A stretch of DNA of 61,887 nt, filler included. It is 12 parts of 12 records of this genome, joined end to end, with 100 filler letters (N's around TTAATTAATTAA, not from the genome) between each part and the next. Parts side by side here need not be neighbours in the genome. Positions count along the whole stretch, not along the records: positions 57,315 to 61,887 come from SRR7504441_1388; 11 more parts are not named here. The stretch is one strand, 5' to 3'. The translations under genes were made by a program, and so were the position numbers. Positions 59,412-61,887 of the stretch are shown piece after piece. Under the pieces are notes generated by a model. It saw only the letters and a program-made list of their open reading frames with translations, was not told the DNA's origin and ran no database searches. The stretch's first letter is position 1. Every line of letters starts with the position of its first letter.

Positions 59412-61409
59412 TCAACCGAGAATAATTTGCAGCGTCTTGCGGACTCCTCCGAGAATTGGAATCAACTTTAGCCAGTGCAACGGGCCCAAGACCGCTGAGG
59501 CCACGACCAACGCCGACATCATCTGTGGAGCGAAGCCATCTCCAGACAAATCCTGGCCCGCAACATACAAGCCTGCTGGTAGCCCATTCACGCTGGGCAG
59601 CAGCCAGTCCACATCCGCAGCCGCCTTCTCTGGGGTGAGCATCAGTCCATACGATTCCCCTCTGGTCTTGCCAAGATAGAAGTTCGTATCAAGTGGCGTC
59701 CCAAGGTTGACATGCTTGACCTGGTGTGCATTCGTCTCAATCCAGGCAATTAATCAGGGCACCTTGTGCTCCAGATGCGGATATCGCGAGAGCCAGACCT
59801 TCATCAGCTTCTGCTGCAGCTCGGCCTTGACCGCTGCATACTGCTCGCCCCTGTGGTGCACTCGTAGCGCGTTCCATTGGGCAAACCAATCGTAAGGCAC
59901 CTGTCACCCCTGGCTATGGCCCAGACAACTTATCGCTCACGTCGCCAGCAATCAGCACCATGCTGCTTACAGGGTCCTTGGCGCGGCTCGGGTCCTTGGC
60001 CGTTGGAAATGCGAACCCGACGTAGCCAAATTCAGGGCAGCCGACCGGGCTATTAGCCGCCTGGAACTGGCTCATCCCTGCTATCAAGTCCTCCTGCCAT
60101 GACTGATCACAGGCCCCGGGTGAGGCCAGACCTGAGGGAAGACCCAGCAGTTGCCTCGAGGCAGCTGCAACTCCTCCGCGCTCCCGTCCAGCGCAACGAA
60201 AAGGAACAGGTGCCCGTGCGTGCGCTCCAGCCGATCCAGCTTGCGTTGCACGGCCTGGACTGGCTGATCGAGCATCTTCAGGGTCCCATGCAGCCTGCCC
60301 ACACTCCAGCCACGCAGTCGCCGGCCTGGCGTCACCCAGCGGTCGACACCACAGTCCCGGCCCGGATCAAAGTGTCAGTAGAGCTCATCCGAACGCCCAC
60401 CACCTATCAGCCAGTCAGCTGCTGGATACACTCGCAGAGCACCTTCCCTCCTTGGACCTCAAGAGACTCCACACCACCGTTGACCAGCACGCGCCCCCCA
60501 AACTGCTCCACCTGCTCGACCATCGCCTTGGCTATTGCGCTGGGCCCTCCGACGGGGTAGAAAGCCCCCTCGGCGAAATGCCCATGAAGGCCTGTAAAGA
60601 CCCCTAGCTGCAGCCGATCCGAGGGCACTCCAGTACAGCCCAGAGAGAGGTAGCTGAGCTCATCGGCCAGCGCCTGGGACACGTTCAGCTTGCGAAGCGC
60701 CGATCGGGCCGTCACGCCGAAGTAACGCATCCCAGGCGCGACCATCGCTCCTCGTAGCAGCCAGCGCAGCCACCGCCACGGCAGCGAGCGCCAGATTTGA
60801 AACACCAGGGCAGTGCTCGAGACTGCCTTCATGAGCTCTAAGTAGGCCTGGATGGCTGGGTGCTCGGTCGGGTGCCGCTCCATCAGCCCGGCTACCCAGT
60901 TGGCCCTGCCAGCGGCCAATTTGACGCATCGGGCCCCGATCCAGACTGTATCGTACACCCCCGGCTCCACCGGACAGTCATGCAGCGGCTCGAACTGGAC
61001 TGCCCCGCCTGTCACGTGATCCACGATGCACCGGAGCTCCTCGCCGGCCGCCAGCTCCCCCGCATAATGGAATCTGCCCCCGGTCGGCCGCCGCCCGGCC
61101 GGCCGGCCACCCGACATCGAACTCTGCTCCGCCTTCTTCAAAAGTATGCAGACCGCCGCCGGACCGGTCGTGCTGCTCGAGCACCAGAACCCGCTTGCCG
61201 GCCCGGCCCAGCAGCACCGCCAGGGCCAGTCCCGACGGCCCGGCCCCGATCACGATCACATCAGCCTCCGCCGGGAGCGTTTTGGGCGTGGCCCGGCGGC
61301 GGAGCGGATCGCGCGCCGTGGGGAGCGGAGGGAAGCCAGGCGAGCGACGGCCGAGGAGGTAGTGCAATGGCAGCAGGAGCAGCAGCGCCCCGAGCACCCA
61401 CATCCACAT
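59412..61409 (-). CDS. Retinol saturase/phytoene desaturase-like FAD oxidoreductase
   Basis: N-terminal anchor, [49 protein letters not shown] and GLYVAGQD; several introns. Confidence 0.88.
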
Positions 61410-61543
61410 GATTGGGGGAGCAGCAGCCCCTTTGAGCTCCTTCCGGTCACCTTCACTCGAAATCATCCGTTACTTAATTATCCTGTAATTCCGAGTATTT
61501 ATAATTAATCGAAAATACAGGCAGTGACAGCACAAATCTGGGG

Positions 61544-61887
61544 ATGCGAGGTTGCGCGATGGTGCTCTTGCGGCTGATTGTGTGCCTCGCCGTGGTGATC
61601 GCGGTGGACGGCCAGTTACCGCAGACGACGAAAGAGGCGTTCGCCGTCGGTTTCGAGAAGGGCCAGGAGGAGTGCAGCAAAAAGGCCCAGGAGATAACCC
61701 CCACAGGGGCCCCCACAACAACTCCCACAGGGGCCCCCACAATGAGTGTCACCAAGCCACTTGACATGCCAGAGTACTACACCGAGGTGGCCAAGACTCT
61801 GGACCAGTGTGCCCCTCTACTCAAACACTCCGAGTTCCAGGGCTGGCTCAAGGAAACCGTCGCTGCTGAGGTAGGCCTCGAAGTCAG
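61544..61887 (+). CDS. Secreted/surface protein, 5' part
   Basis: Signal peptide followed by TPTGAPT x2 linker; runs off the window. Confidence 0.55.
   Translation, partial: MRGCAMVLLRLIVCLAVVIAVDGQLPQTTKEAFAVGFEKGQEECSKKAQEITPTGAPTTTPTGAPTMSVTKPLDMPEYYTEVAKTLDQCAPLLKHSEFQGWLKETVAAEVGLEV

Overview
This is not a continuous locus. It is 12 short contigs (about 3.3-8 kb each) joined by an artificial 100-nt spacer (44 N + TTAATTAATTAA + 44 N). The source is a gene-dense, mostly GC-rich unicellular eukaryote with many short (about 35-50 nt) spliceosomal introns and head-to-head gene pairs only about 40-160 bp apart. Splicing by hand gives these recognisable genes: xylulokinase, two SDRs, a CinA/PncC-like protein, a DnaJ protein, a sulfatase, Rab14, an organellar GluRS, a tandem ABCD transporter and a RETSAT-like oxidoreductase. 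The most unusual architectures are: (1) an NLR-like STAND protein with an N-terminal gamma-glutamylcyclotransferase-fold domain, an NB-ARC module carrying a two-helix hydrophobic insert, and TPRs; (2) a bacterial-type (MaeB-like) malic enzyme fused behind an EF-hand calcium sensor and a cNMP-like domain, with a mitochondrial-type presequence; (3) an intron-containing KR-Cy-A(Cys) PKS/NRPS fragment; (4) a McrB-like AAA+ domain lacking Walker A; (5) a PEX11-like/DUF1752 fusion; (6) a protein with 14 EF-hand modules plus C2; (7) a candidate H/ACA snoRNA in an oversized intron. All family calls come from motif recognition by eye. No database search was run, so novelty is unverified.
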